IMG/VR virus record: IMGVR_UViG_3300017729_000001
Coordinates: 26,430 to 90,429 of that record
DNA length: 64,000 nt
Strand: one strand, 5' to 3'
Source: a virus
Within the stretch, counting starts at the first letter, position 1; each line of letters opens with the position of its first letter. The translations under genes and the position numbers were made by a program. Below are positions 40,312 to 50,854 of the stretch, piece by piece. Under the pieces are notes generated by a model. The model made no database searches. It saw nothing but the letters and a program-made list of their open reading frames with translations, and had not been told where the DNA came from.

Positions 40312-41295
40312 TCAATCTGTATTTGTTAGTTCAGATAAAATGGTATCCAGCTGACTCTTTATTTGAATAAATGTAGCTGAGTTAATTGGCGTACCACTTG
40401 GTCCAAATGCTGTTGGAACAGTCAGTTGAGTTATTCCGTCAATAATTTCTTCAATTTTTCCTACTAAGGTTTCACCCTTAACCATTGGCTCAGCACTATC
40501 TTCTTCTCCAAAAACTATTTTGCTTGAATCTTCGGCTTTTATCTGAATCCTATTCTCATTGATGTAAACTTTATTTCCCCATTCATCTTCATAAATGAAT
40601 CTTTCAGTTTCTTCTTCTTCATTTGAATTCATTTTTATCCTAGCCTTTGAAACTCCATCTATTCCATTGACTCCTAATTCAAATGTTTTGTCGCTCATTT
40701 GGACAACCTTATTACTCGCCCTCATAAGATAATCACCATCACTCTCTACGATAAATTGACCGTCAGATTGAGTTCCCGCAATCCTGAAATGTATCCTTGG
40801 TATCTTTTCTTGATTTTTCCCTAGAACTGTTATAGTCAATATTCCATTCTCTGGATTCATGTCTATATCAACCATGTCTCCAAGATTGCTCACTCTGGTA
40901 GTTCTTTTTTGGTTTTCGCTTAATGGATGAAAATCATCTTCGTGTTTTAAAGTTGCGATGATTATTGGCTCATTATGTTTAGGCAAATTAATCCAAACTA
41001 TGGGACTTCCTAACTTTCCCACTACAGATGGTATTTTTATTCTCTGTAATACCTCTCTGTCTATTAGACAGTTGTGAAAGTGAGGGTGGTCCATACCTCC
41101 AGAAATTGAAACCCTACCTGTTCTGTAAACATCTTCTATATAATCATTGGGGTCAACACCAGCTGGAATTATTATGTGTCCTACACCACAAGCTAAATTT
41201 CCTGTTGGAATTCCTTTTGTTCCAATTATTTCGTTTGGGTCAGGTGATGTATCAAAATCATTACCTCTTATCCATTGTTTTTTCCAATCAAACAT
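40312..41295 (-). CDS. baseplate central spike (gpV/gp5-like)
   Basis: C-terminal AEPMVKGE.L...VPTAFGPSGTPIN...F; position after hub. Confidence 0.65.
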   Translation of the reverse strand: MFDWKKQWIRGNDFDTSPDPNEIIGTKGIPTGNLACGVGHIIIPAGVDPNDYIEDVYRTGRVSISGGMDHPHFHNCLIDREVLQRIKIPSVVGKLGSPIVWINLPKHNEPIIIATLKHEDDFHPLSENQKRTTRVSNLGDMVDIDMNPENGILTITVLGKNQEKIPRIHFRIAGTQSDGQFIVESDGDYLMRASNKVVQMSDKTFELGVNGIDGVSKARIKMNSNEEEETERFIYEDEWGNKVYINENRIQIKAEDSSKIVFGEEDSAEPMVKGETLVGKIEEIIDGITQLTVPTAFGPSGTPINSATFIQIKSQLDTILSELTNTD

Positions 41296-43343
41296 TATTC
41301 GTCCATTTTATATCTACAGAAACTGAATTGTTTCCTTTTTAGAAAGAATTTAAACACTGGGTCATTTACTTTCCAATTCACTCCTTTTACTGGTTCTTCA
41401 ACTTCTTTATCTCTCAACCATTCATCCATTATAAAAAAGGCAATTCGTTGTTTCGCTTTTCTTTTAAATTCTCTTTTGGTAGTGTCTCCAAATGCTTTCT
41501 TTTCTTCTTTTGAATATGACTTAACCTTTTTAGGCACTAGTGATATTTTATTCTCCAAAGCACTTTTGCTTTCCGATGGGTGTTTCTCCATATAAGCATC
41601 CACTATGGCATTCTTTAAGGTCTTTGCTCTATTCTTAGGCAAAGTTGAGTTATTACCACCCTTATCAGAATCTATATATCCAACACATCTAAATGTAGGA
41701 CACTCTGGATACTTTTCAATCATTGCTACTGCGTATTCAATATTTGCTTTATTTTCAGCAACTAATTCTTTTCTCAATTCTGGAAATTCTTTAATTTGAG
41801 TTTCCATTTTCTTATCCACTGTATCAGTAGCTGGTGGCCACTTTTCGTTCAAATCAATTAAATAATTTCTATTGTTGTCAAAGTACACCTCAGTTTGGTC
41901 ACCCTTTATCTTTTCCTTTTCGATTTTTATTTTTGGTGGTGGGTCATCAAAAAGAATTAAATTCCAATAATTATTTTCTTCAGTAGTTTTTGGAGCCTGA
42001 CTGTGAGCCTTTTCTACTCCTCTTGAAACTTGTATAGTTGTGACCCACTCAGCACTTCCATCGATGTATGTGAATCTGTGTTGTACTCCGTCAACGTAAA
42101 ATTCTTCATTAGTTGGCCAATAATGAATCTTATAACCCCTCTTCACAGGTCGCATCCCTTTTATTGTTATTGTTCCCTCTCTAGTAAATGGAAGATACAT
42201 ATTTGACTCAACCATATATCTTAAATCTTCCAGAGCCTTATCAAACATCTTCTTTCCACTACTTTGTTTCAAGAATGTAAGATAATTACTGACTTGTGAA
42301 TTAGGTTTTGAACCAAACACTTGAGCATACTCTTCAAAGAAAACTGCAGTCACATGAGCAAATATTTGACTTTCATCCGAAATAAATGAACCCTTTGGTA
42401 TTATTTGATACCAACTATAAATTGGACCATTGTACCATTTAAGGTCATCAGCTATTACATCAGTTGAAGAAATTGTACCTTGGTCCATGAGTAATGACCA
42501 CCCATTATAATCAAATGGTGCTCTTCTGGCATTAAAATAAAATTGGTCTCCAATAGTATCTCCCCAAAACTGCATCCATGGGTCTTGTGCAACTTTCTTT
42601 ATATAGTTTATCAAACTTCCTTGACTATTGGCAATAGAACTATCTGCTACTGTTTGAGCAAGTGACCATCTGTCTGCCCTCATTTTTATTATTTGCCAAA
42701 TTCCTTGAGCTGGTATCTTTTCTACATTTTTTATTGTTGGTGTAGGTTTCTTCAACACCTTGTCAGATTCAGTGTCTGTATAAATTGTAGTGTCTATTCC
42801 TAAATCTGTACTCCAATCATACGCAACAACTAAATTCTTAGGAATGGTGACTTCAGAATCGTCAGCAAGCACATATCCATTTTCATCTATCTTTCCAGCC
42901 TTTGCTAGTTTCCTTAGTTCTGTGAATCCAAGTCCAAATGAATAATCAAAGTGATGTTGTTCATTTCCTACTTTAAAATTACCACCCCATCTTAAACCAA
43001 ATTGCTTTCCTATCGCAGCAACCTTTTTTAACATTGACTTATTCCTAGTGAAACTTTTACCATTCCAAACATAGGTGTCCATTGCTAAGCCTAGCTCATG
43101 AGAACTATATCCAGGTGGTGACGCATATATTTTACTACGTCCAGCCAAGTAATCATTTCTTAATTCTGATTGGTGACTTCTTGAACGATAGCCTGAGTAA
43201 AATTTTAACTCCAACCCCTGGTTTCTACATGCTGTTTCCCAAGACAAAAAAAGTTGTCTCACTTTAGGATGTAACCCTTCACGTTGTCTTCCGTTGACAA
43301 AGCCACCCTTTATAAATTTTAAATTGTTATCTAGTGTGCTCAT
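41295..43343 (-). CDS. baseplate hub C-terminal part with N-terminal M15 peptidase and C-terminal OmpA-like domain
   Basis: SGYRS...Q...PPGYSSHELGLAMD...WGGNF (M15); GTITIKG...KRG...FYVDGVQH.F......TTIQVSRG (hub); VYFD...GYIDSD.G.NN..L...RA..L (OmpA-C-like). Confidence 0.75.
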   Translation of the reverse strand: MSTLDNNLKFIKGGFVNGRQREGLHPKVRQLFLSWETACRNQGLELKFYSGYRSRSHQSELRNDYLAGRSKIYASPPGYSSHELGLAMDTYVWNGKSFTRNKSMLKKVAAIGKQFGLRWGGNFKVGNEQHHFDYSFGLGFTELRKLAKAGKIDENGYVLADDSEVTIPKNLVVAYDWSTDLGIDTTIYTDTESDKVLKKPTPTIKNVEKIPAQGIWQIIKMRADRWSLAQTVADSSIANSQGSLINYIKKVAQDPWMQFWGDTIGDQFYFNARRAPFDYNGWSLLMDQGTISSTDVIADDLKWYNGPIYSWYQIIPKGSFISDESQIFAHVTAVFFEEYAQVFGSKPNSQVSNYLTFLKQSSGKKMFDKALEDLRYMVESNMYLPFTREGTITIKGMRPVKRGYKIHYWPTNEEFYVDGVQHRFTYIDGSAEWVTTIQVSRGVEKAHSQAPKTTEENNYWNLILFDDPPPKIKIEKEKIKGDQTEVYFDNNRNYLIDLNEKWPPATDTVDKKMETQIKEFPELRKELVAENKANIEYAVAMIEKYPECPTFRCVGYIDSDKGGNNSTLPKNRAKTLKNAIVDAYMEKHPSESKSALENKISLVPKKVKSYSKEEKKAFGDTTKREFKRKAKQRIAFFIMDEWLRDKEVEEPVKGVNWKVNDPVFKFFLKRKQFSFCRYKMDE

Positions 43344-45007
43344 TATTCGCCCTCTTCTTCATTATCTGAACCTACTCCATCCTTGTTATGAATTGGTTCG
43401 TCTATTTCTACTTGAAATTGCGTTCTTCTGTCTCCATATGAATCGAAAACCTTAGATGGCATAACCTCTATGTTACACAATCTACTCATTAACAAGTTCA
43501 TTACATATCCTACATTTCTAGCATCTGTATTATACAATGTTTCAATTAATCCACTTGTTATTAATCGGTTGACTCCAAGACTTCCTAATGCTTCAACTTT
43601 ATTTAAAGTATTGACTTCATCACCTTGCCTTGGTATATCTACATTGTTGAATGCCGACTCATCATTGTCTGGATTGGAGTAACTTTTTTGAAAAAAGTAT
43701 GTCCCATCTTCAACCAACAGTTTCATACAATCTCTACCTGATACTTGTATAGTCACATCAGATGATTCAGCATTAAAACTTATTGTGTTCGTGTCAACCA
43801 TTCCAATCATTAAATTAGGTTTCCACTGTAGTTCTTCAACTGAGTGAAAAAAGTCATCTATGGCTGGTCTTGGTTGCCAAGAACCTTCATCAAATATATC
43901 CCTTCTTTCATCCATCCCTATAAAAATGACATCATTTTCCGCAACTAGATTTTTAAAAAAGAACTCAGACCTTTTTCCAAGAAAAGTTATTTGGTCATTA
44001 GCAGTACTATATTCATCATGCAAACTTACACTTCCATCGTATTGATTTGCTTGTGCTCTTTTTCCATACGTTTTATCTTGATTCTCATTTTGTTGTGCAT
44101 TAACTTCTTCAGCCCACTTTATTCTTTCTGTTTCATTCAAATCTCTAGTGGTCTGTGTTTTAAAAGCATAATTTTTTATTTTCTTTTCAAAGTAAGCATG
44201 ATAATGAGCATTACTTACAAACCAACTTCCTGAACCTGTTCCATATCCATCTTCACCTATCTCGCATGCTATATCTCCAATCACAGGTGCCAAGGTCAAA
44301 TTAAATTGCCCCCCAGCTTCAGTTTGATTGAGACTCATCTGTTGTATAAATGGAGTCAAATCGAATACTGATGTTGGATTGAATCCTTTGTCACCCATTA
44401 AAGACTTACACCAAATCCAAACTACAAGTTTTGGTGCTTCCTTTTGGGTCATATTATATTGGTCATTGTCTCCACCTGTTGAACCTTGCTTCACCCATCG
44501 TTCCGCAGTTTTGCGTTGTAAACTTCCGTCAGTATCTGTATAAGTGCCAAGAATATCCCAGAAACTGAATTCACTTCTGCTTCCTAATGTAGCTGAAAAC
44601 GCAAAGTTCTCGTCAGGAATGTTATCTGGTTCTTTCTGGTTCTTTAGTCTGAAATTATTTACTCTGTCGATTGGAGCAACTACATTGGTTTGATTCACCA
44701 ATATATCTCGTTGCAGGTTTGACGACTCAACGTGAACTATCAAAGGCCAAGGACATGGATAAACTTGGTTTATATCATCAGCATCCTTATCACCTGGCTC
44801 ACCATCCTTATCTATGAAGCCTGCCCTGAATTTTGTCTTATCATCATAAGCCTCAAATATAAGTTGTCGATTGCTTATGCCCTCATCATTCTCTACATCT
44901 AGCCATTCATTGACATCTTGGTTTATCTTGAAGAACTCTAAGACTTGACCAATGTTAGATGTCCATCCAGTTTCTCCATTATATGTTAGTTGTATAAATT
45001 TACTCAT
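43343..45007 (-). CDS. baseplate hub N-terminal part
   Basis: DLTPFI...GGQFNLTL...ENDVIFI...MIGMVD...IQVSGRDCMKLL; follows tape measure. Confidence 0.65.
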   Translation of the reverse strand: MSKFIQLTYNGETGWTSNIGQVLEFFKINQDVNEWLDVENDEGISNRQLIFEAYDDKTKFRAGFIDKDGEPGDKDADDINQVYPCPWPLIVHVESSNLQRDILVNQTNVVAPIDRVNNFRLKNQKEPDNIPDENFAFSATLGSRSEFSFWDILGTYTDTDGSLQRKTAERWVKQGSTGGDNDQYNMTQKEAPKLVVWIWCKSLMGDKGFNPTSVFDLTPFIQQMSLNQTEAGGQFNLTLAPVIGDIACEIGEDGYGTGSGSWFVSNAHYHAYFEKKIKNYAFKTQTTRDLNETERIKWAEEVNAQQNENQDKTYGKRAQANQYDGSVSLHDEYSTANDQITFLGKRSEFFFKNLVAENDVIFIGMDERRDIFDEGSWQPRPAIDDFFHSVEELQWKPNLMIGMVDTNTISFNAESSDVTIQVSGRDCMKLLVEDGTYFFQKSYSNPDNDESAFNNVDIPRQGDEVNTLNKVEALGSLGVNRLITSGLIETLYNTDARNVGYVMNLLMSRLCNIEVMPSKVFDSYGDRRTQFQVEIDEPIHNKDGVGSDNEEEGE

Positions 45008-46926
45008 CAGTTACCATTTTTTCTAACTCCTTTCGTCACAGGTGCGACAGGCATCGCACCGAAATCATTAGTTACATCAACCTTTACTGTATTTCCTGTG
45101 AAGAAATTTTCCATTGTCGTTCCTATTCCTGAAACTACTGCTTGTAAACCTGCCACTCCTTCACTAACTCCACCCATCATTACATCTGATTCAGCAGCAG
45201 CAAATGATTTGTTCAAACTTCCTTTCCTTGACTTATTAATTCCTTTGGCTCCAGACATCAACGCTGAAAAATCTCCTTGTCCTGACATAGCCTTTTCATA
45301 TATTTCCATATCAGCTTCAGATTGAGGATTGAAGAATGAATAAAGTAAATCATCTTGAGCCATTTGATTACCACCTGTGTAATCTCCAGCCATCTTCATA
45401 AATGAATTTATGTAATCTGGGTCATCTGAATTGAACCTTACGAATCTACGCAACTCAGCTGGATTATATGCTAACTCAGGATGAGCACGTTTTGCTGCCT
45501 CATACTTCATTAATTGCATATTGTCTCCACCTCCTTCACCTAGACCTTGAATTGTCTGTGATAAGAAATCTCCAGCCTTATCTCCCTTTTGAGAAAGTCC
45601 AATTGATTCAAATGCTGCCATCATTCTTAATGAAGCATCCACGTCAACTAAATCACGTTTGCTTCTTTGAATATTCATTAAGGTTTGAGTGGTTTGCATT
45701 TTCTCACCTAGTGTAGCCAAGTCACCCTCTTTCAGTGAACTTTCGTTTATAGATGTTAGGACATTTAACATGTCCAATGCTATATCGGTTGCCTCATTTG
45801 AATTGCCAGCCTTGGTGAATCTTTCAAATTGGTCGAATCCACTTACATCAGCACCATATGCTCTTTTGAATTCTAAATCTTCTTTTGTTCTATCTAATAT
45901 GTTTGGTCCAGCAATTCCTGTGCTCCTAGCTTTTGTTGCTGCTGCCTTTAGGAATTCATCTGGCCCCATACCAAGTGATGTTCCCATTCCTGTTCCACTA
46001 GTGGCTTGGTCAATCAAACTGAATCCTTGAACTGAACCTTGGTAACCTGAACCCCTCATGGCTCCAATTTCAGAACCAGCTTCAAATGTTTTACTAGACT
46101 GACTAAGTGCCGCATAAGCAATCGCAATAAGTCCAGCAGCAGCAGCTGCTTTTTTTCCACTTCCACCTGCCATTTGAACCGCAGTTGAGCCTGACTGTGC
46201 CATCGCACCCCCTAAATTACCGCCAGCCAATGCTCCACCTACTCCTAACGCACCAGCACCAGCAGCACCTAGTGGACCACCAGATGGACTCTTTCCATCG
46301 TTGACGTTATCCATCTCACGCATCCTAGCTTTATTTGCTTCTATTTTTGCGTTGATGTCGGCAACCTCATCTTCAGAACCAGCTGTAAGTTTTTGTTTCT
46401 GAAGGTCTTTATTTTCGGACACTAATGCGCCATACATTCCCCCTTTACCACCTTCTTCAAATTCCTTTTTATCTCTTTGGGCTTTCTCTCTCGTCAATTT
46501 ACGCTTATCAACCATCTCACGGACAATCAAACGTAAATGTCTGTTCATTTCCTTTTCAGCAGCAAGTATTTCTTTTTTCTCTGCTGCTCCCAAATCTTGT
46601 TGAGAGCCTGAAAACATTTCTTTTTGCTTATCAAACTGTTGCTGATTAATCTCTCCACTAGCAAATTTCTTTTCTTGTTCTCTGAAATCAGAAATATTTG
46701 CTTGTCTTGCTTCATTATACTCAGACCTGATTTGACTAGTTTGTTGTCCTAGTGCGCCTTGTGCTTCACGCTCAACAGTTCGTTTTTGGGCAGTTGGTGT
46801 CTTTTCTGAAAGGTTGTTTAACTCAGATACATCTCTTCCAAGTGCTTTTACTTTTTCACGCAGTCCATCTAATTGGCCACCCAATCCGTCATCCCTACCT
46901 CGTATATTAACATTAACATCAGCCAT
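45007..46926 (-). CDS. tape measure protein
   Basis: V.IRG.D N-terminus, helical, Gly/Ala-rich segment; follows tube and chaperone genes. Confidence 0.75.
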   Translation of the reverse strand: MADVNVNIRGRDDGLGGQLDGLREKVKALGRDVSELNNLSEKTPTAQKRTVEREAQGALGQQTSQIRSEYNEARQANISDFREQEKKFASGEINQQQFDKQKEMFSGSQQDLGAAEKKEILAAEKEMNRHLRLIVREMVDKRKLTREKAQRDKKEFEEGGKGGMYGALVSENKDLQKQKLTAGSEDEVADINAKIEANKARMREMDNVNDGKSPSGGPLGAAGAGALGVGGALAGGNLGGAMAQSGSTAVQMAGGSGKKAAAAAGLIAIAYAALSQSSKTFEAGSEIGAMRGSGYQGSVQGFSLIDQATSGTGMGTSLGMGPDEFLKAAATKARSTGIAGPNILDRTKEDLEFKRAYGADVSGFDQFERFTKAGNSNEATDIALDMLNVLTSINESSLKEGDLATLGEKMQTTQTLMNIQRSKRDLVDVDASLRMMAAFESIGLSQKGDKAGDFLSQTIQGLGEGGGDNMQLMKYEAAKRAHPELAYNPAELRRFVRFNSDDPDYINSFMKMAGDYTGGNQMAQDDLLYSFFNPQSEADMEIYEKAMSGQGDFSALMSGAKGINKSRKGSLNKSFAAAESDVMMGGVSEGVAGLQAVVSGIGTTMENFFTGNTVKVDVTNDFGAMPVAPVTKGVRKNGN

Positions 46927-47281
46927 TTGAATCTTTTTTTGGTTCTTCCTTTACTGTATTATATCTGCTAAGGTCAATGCTGTCGAAATCAACATCAATC
47001 TCTTTTTGCGATAATTTATTTTTTGAACCTGAAACGTCAGTTACATCTCTGTCTTTTTCAGCTGGGTCTTCATCTTCATCATCTGAATACCACTTCTTCA
47101 TTGCCTCAGCTTCATACCATTCGTAATACATTTGAATGAAATTAGCTTGACGATGTTCTTCGCTACCAAAAGAAATATTGTATTTCTTGCGCCACCAAAA
47201 GTCTATGGGCCACTTTTGATTCCAATTAAATATGAAATTGTGAACCTCTCTTTTGAGCTTATTTTTCTTCCTTTTCGCCAT
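46919..47281 (-). CDS. tail assembly chaperone 2 (start probably MAKRKK at 47281)
   Basis: WN..WPID.WWRKKY.I.FGS.EHR; directly before tape measure. Confidence 0.6.
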   Translation of the reverse strand: MAKRKKNKLKREVHNFIFNWNQKWPIDFWWRKKYNISFGSEEHRQANFIQMYYEWYEAEAMKKWYSDDEDEDPAEKDRDVTDVSGSKNKLSQKEIDVDFDSIDLSRYNTVKEEPKKDSNG

Positions 47282-47639
47282 CCTCTTCAATTTCTGATAA
47301 ATCGAAATTATAAAGGTCATCAACGATAGGCTTGTACCATTTCAGGAAATTATTTTTGAAGTCATTTATGACTTGCTTTGCCACGAATGGGTCTAACTCT
47401 CTCCAATTCTTAACCTTTAGGTCATGCTTTAATTCTGGGACTAGCACACTTAAATACGCTATGGCGTCAGCTAGGTCTAACGCATACATTTGCGTTCTTA
47501 AACCACCTAATGCCATGTCCACGTATCTTCCACCTGTGAAGGCTATCTTGAATGATTCGATGTCTTGGAGTTGTCCTACATTTGGAAACTGTACATCGTA
47601 CTCATTTCCACAAATTTCTACAATTGTTCTTTTTACCAT
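47259..47639 (-). CDS. tail assembly chaperone
   Basis: Y.V.FPNVGQ..DIE..K; between tube and tape measure. Confidence 0.65.
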   Translation of the reverse strand: MVKRTIVEICGNEYDVQFPNVGQLQDIESFKIAFTGGRYVDMALGGLRTQMYALDLADAIAYLSVLVPELKHDLKVKNWRELDPFVAKQVINDFKNNFLKWYKPIVDDLYNFDLSEIEEDGEKEEK

Positions 47640-47662
47640 TTTAAATTCAATTTACTATTTAT

Positions 47663-47696
47663 AAAAAGAATGGTGAACTTTTTAGCCCACCATTCT
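47663..47696 (-). terminator. intrinsic terminator
   Basis: AGAATGGTGGGCT...AGTTCACCATTCT then TTTT on minus strand. Confidence 0.65.
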
Positions 47697-47724
47697 CATC
47701 TTTTACTATTATGAAAAATCAGAC

Positions 47725-48096
47725 TTATATAATCTCATCAATACCGCAACCAGCAGCAACTCTTCCAATTTGGAACTTAAATTCTCTAACCTCAATGCCG
47801 TCACTAAACTCTACATTTGGAAACGAACAAAGAAGACAGATTGTAACTGCTCCAACTGGATAGTTCTTTGAATCATCTCTTTCAACGAATACATTTGCTT
47901 GGTTATTAATTAATGAGTCCACTGCTAAAAGTCCGTGGTCAGTTTCTGGTATCAAAGCATACTTCGATTGAATCACGTTGTTTACGTGTAATAGTGCTTT
48001 AATATTTGTACAAACTGTTAAGTCTGTTGCTACTCCACCTTCAATCACCTGGACTGAAAGTTTCTTGTCTTCTCCTTGTTTGAATGTTGTTGCCAT
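47725..48096 (-). CDS. putative virion decoration protein (BppU N-terminal/Ig-like)
   Basis: FKQGEDK.L.V......G...DLT; beta-rich 123 aa after tube gene. Confidence 0.5.
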   Translation of the reverse strand: MATTFKQGEDKKLSVQVIEGGVATDLTVCTNIKALLHVNNVIQSKYALIPETDHGLLAVDSLINNQANVFVERDDSKNYPVGAVTICLLCSFPNVEFSDGIEVREFKFQIGRVAAGCGIDEII

Positions 48097-48135
48097 TTTT
48101 TCTCTTATTAAATATTATTTAAACCTTAACCATTT

Positions 48136-48621
48136 TTAAACTGGGAATAATACAGGTGTGATATATTCAAAATCAACATCACGTCCAGATATTTGTCCTT
48201 CAGAAATATCAAAACCCTCCTTAGTTGAGAATGCCCCTTTGATTGAAGCAAACACTTCCAAAAGTGGATAAATTATTCCTGTCGCTGGGTCTTGGTAATC
48301 TTTTACTTTCTTCATGATGTCAATATTGATTCCATCCTCTTGTAGAATCACAGTATCTACAAATTCTTGTAGAGTATTAACATTTCTCAACAACGCTGTC
48401 TTAATCAATTCATCTTGATTGTTAAACGTGATTGAGTAGAATCCAGCATTCAAAGTTCCACTCCATTCTAATGCTGGAAGCTCACTTGGTGCTAGTTCTC
48501 CAATTCCTTGAACACGTCCACGTCTTATATTTTCCGTGACTCTTATGTTCTTCATTTTACCTACTGCGATACCATTTACTTTGATAATCGCTAGAGGTGC
48601 TGTCATTACTTTTTCTGCCAT
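48136..48621 (-). CDS. tail tube protein
   Basis: IKVNG.AVG....R..E......VQGIG...P.E; directly after sheath. Confidence 0.85.
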   Translation of the reverse strand: MAEKVMTAPLAIIKVNGIAVGKMKNIRVTENIRRGRVQGIGELAPSELPALEWSGTLNAGFYSITFNNQDELIKTALLRNVNTLQEFVDTVILQEDGINIDIMKKVKDYQDPATGIIYPLLEVFASIKGAFSTKEGFDISEGQISGRDVDFEYITPVLFPV

Positions 48622-48642
48622 TTTCCTTTACTTTTAATATTG

Positions 48643-50601
48643 TTAAGCACTTAAATTAGCGTCAAGCATAAACCCTGTAACAAATATCTTGTTTATTGGT
48701 CCATTAGGAACATATCCATACTTGACGTCATAATAGTCTTGAATCAGTCTCACAGTTACGTTCTTGAAATTAATAATCAAGTTGTCCGTTGAATCTGTTG
48801 CTGTCCTAGAAATCAAATAACTTTCAACAAATGACTTTACGTCAGCTGGTGTAATAGTTCCGATGTTGTTGCCAATAAATAAAGGTCTCATGTTTAAAAT
48901 AAGTTCTTTATTAAGTTGAGCAGCAATTCGCATAACAGAAATTTCAAATGAAGTTCCATCTGGATTAATCAATTGTGTATTTCGTTGTAGTGAGTTGATT
49001 CCTTGATTCACTACGTTTCCAATTCCAGGAACAAAACGATTATGAAGAACTCCACCCTGAAGTGCTTTCTCTCTTTCTTTTTGTCCTAATGGATGAATAA
49101 AGTCTGTCCAAATTAAATTCTTAAAAGTAATCGGTGTCTGAGGTTCAAGTCCACCTAAACGACCAACAACGTTGGCAGCATGGTATATCGCATCTAACTT
49201 CTCAAGTCCTACTCCGTTTCCAATTATAGGTCTTTTAACTCCACTATGTACCACTGTAACATCAGATGAGTCATAATACTTAGCAACATCAATCGAACTA
49301 TCAGGTGAACCTTCAAATTTGGTAATGTCTTTTCCTCCACCTACAATCATAAACTTGTCCATTTCAGCATCATTCTGAATATGGTTCCAAATTTTAGTAT
49401 TTTGAGTTCCAGCAGCATCAGCACCCCATCTATCGGCTAAAAAGAATGTATTATCTAATTCCTTTATTGCTTCTAGTGTAGCATCTAAATCATCAGCAGC
49501 ATAATCTGTCGCCCCATTCTGAGCAAGGTTTGGGCTTGAGTAGTTTGTTAAATCTACAGAATCTACAGCACCAGTACCATTAATTTGCCATGAGTCAGAA
49601 TCTAGTTCAAACCTCGCTGAAAAAGCAAAGTCAGTTTTACACCACTGAATCAATTCGTCAATATTGTCAAATTCTAACGATGTAGCAATCAAGTTTGGAG
49701 CAGATTGACTAGTGGTCAATCCTGATATTTCGTTTCCAGCCATCGAAAGTCCTCTATATGTACCCTCGTAAAATTCAATCATGAATTTCGTTGGATCATT
49801 TTCTCCTTGTAGCATTCTTGCGCCATATCCTGTAGCTAGTTGAACTCCATCAACACCTCCTGAAAAACCAGTGATAGTTGAAGTCACAGTTCCAGTCAAA
49901 GCTGTAGTCAATACAAATGAGTTACCACCTGAACCTACACCTGGCGTTGATACAACAATTACTTCTCCACCTTGTTCGTATGCCGTGAATCCTGAACCAG
50001 CAGAATTTATATCAGCAATAATTGCTGCTCTTAAATCAGCAGCTGAGGCTGTCGTTGTCGTAAACACACCTGATAATATACTTGTACCACCTACTAATAC
50101 ATCAACAGTATCTCCAATTGTAATCGGTGCTAAGAAATCAATCTTACCCTTTGCTACTGTTTCGTCAAGTAAACCATTAGAGCCTGCGCCCTCATTTTTG
50201 GTTAGTATCTTTACATAACCTCCATTACCACCTCCACCTAAATAGGTGAACTCAATCTCAGCTGGTGTAGTTTCACAAGCACGTACAATATGTACAGTCT
50301 CTGGTCCACTAGCACCTGAGGCTGGTGTAAATATATACTGAGCTAAATCGTATAACAACCCTCCACGTACAAATTCTTGGAAATCGTTGACATCTTGGAA
50401 CGAATAAACCGAACCAAGCCCATCAGCAAGTTGTCCTTTAATACCTGAGCCACCGCCATAGCCTTCACCTGACCCTGTGTCAATTATACATACATTCCCA
50501 AATGAGAAAGTGCTTGGCTGAGCTGGAATTCCACTCTTGACTTGAGCATAAACCCCTGGCTCAATTATCTTTTTTCCGCCAAAATTTACTATTGTTGCCA
50601 T
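48643..50601 (-). CDS. contractile tail sheath protein
   Basis: N-terminal I..PGVY, C-terminal QGINSL...EISV.RI...P.GPINKI. Confidence 0.9.
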   Translation of the reverse strand: MATIVNFGGKKIIEPGVYAQVKSGIPAQPSTFSFGNVCIIDTGSGEGYGGGSGIKGQLADGLGSVYSFQDVNDFQEFVRGGLLYDLAQYIFTPASGASGPETVHIVRACETTPAEIEFTYLGGGGNGGYVKILTKNEGAGSNGLLDETVAKGKIDFLAPITIGDTVDVLVGGTSILSGVFTTTTASAADLRAAIIADINSAGSGFTAYEQGGEVIVVSTPGVGSGGNSFVLTTALTGTVTSTITGFSGGVDGVQLATGYGARMLQGENDPTKFMIEFYEGTYRGLSMAGNEISGLTTSQSAPNLIATSLEFDNIDELIQWCKTDFAFSARFELDSDSWQINGTGAVDSVDLTNYSSPNLAQNGATDYAADDLDATLEAIKELDNTFFLADRWGADAAGTQNTKIWNHIQNDAEMDKFMIVGGGKDITKFEGSPDSSIDVAKYYDSSDVTVVHSGVKRPIIGNGVGLEKLDAIYHAANVVGRLGGLEPQTPITFKNLIWTDFIHPLGQKEREKALQGGVLHNRFVPGIGNVVNQGINSLQRNTQLINPDGTSFEISVMRIAAQLNKELILNMRPLFIGNNIGTITPADVKSFVESYLISRTATDSTDNLIINFKNVTVRLIQDYYDVKYGYVPNGPINKIFVTGFMLDANLSA

Positions 50602-50614
50602 TCAATTAAATTTT

Positions 50615-50854
50615 TTAATTTTCACTTTTATTTTCTTTCTTGCTACCTTTTGTAGTCTTTTTGGCAGTTCGCTGTGCCTTAACATCTCTGATTTTCTTAT
50701 TCTTGATGTATTGCTCCTTATTAAAAGAGTATTCCCCTTTCAACTTTGCGTACCACTGGTCTTCAGACAATTCAATATCACCATATACTTTGATAGCAAT
50801 TTTGATATCTTTTCCTTTAAAACCATACTTTTTTGCGAACTCTGTTACTAACAT
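50615..50854 (-). CDS. hypothetical protein
   Basis: 79-aa basic ORF before sheath, as in Herelleviridae-like layouts. Confidence 0.6.
   Translation of the reverse strand: MLVTEFAKKYGFKGKDIKIAIKVYGDIELSEDQWYAKLKGEYSFNKEQYIKNKKIRDVKAQRTAKKTTKGSKKENKSEN

Noticed and set aside
47259-47323. Programmed -1 frameshift between tail chaperone ORFs
   Set aside because: Second ORF is in the +1 frame relative to the first, no XXXYYYZ slippery site is evident, and it has its own ATG at 47281
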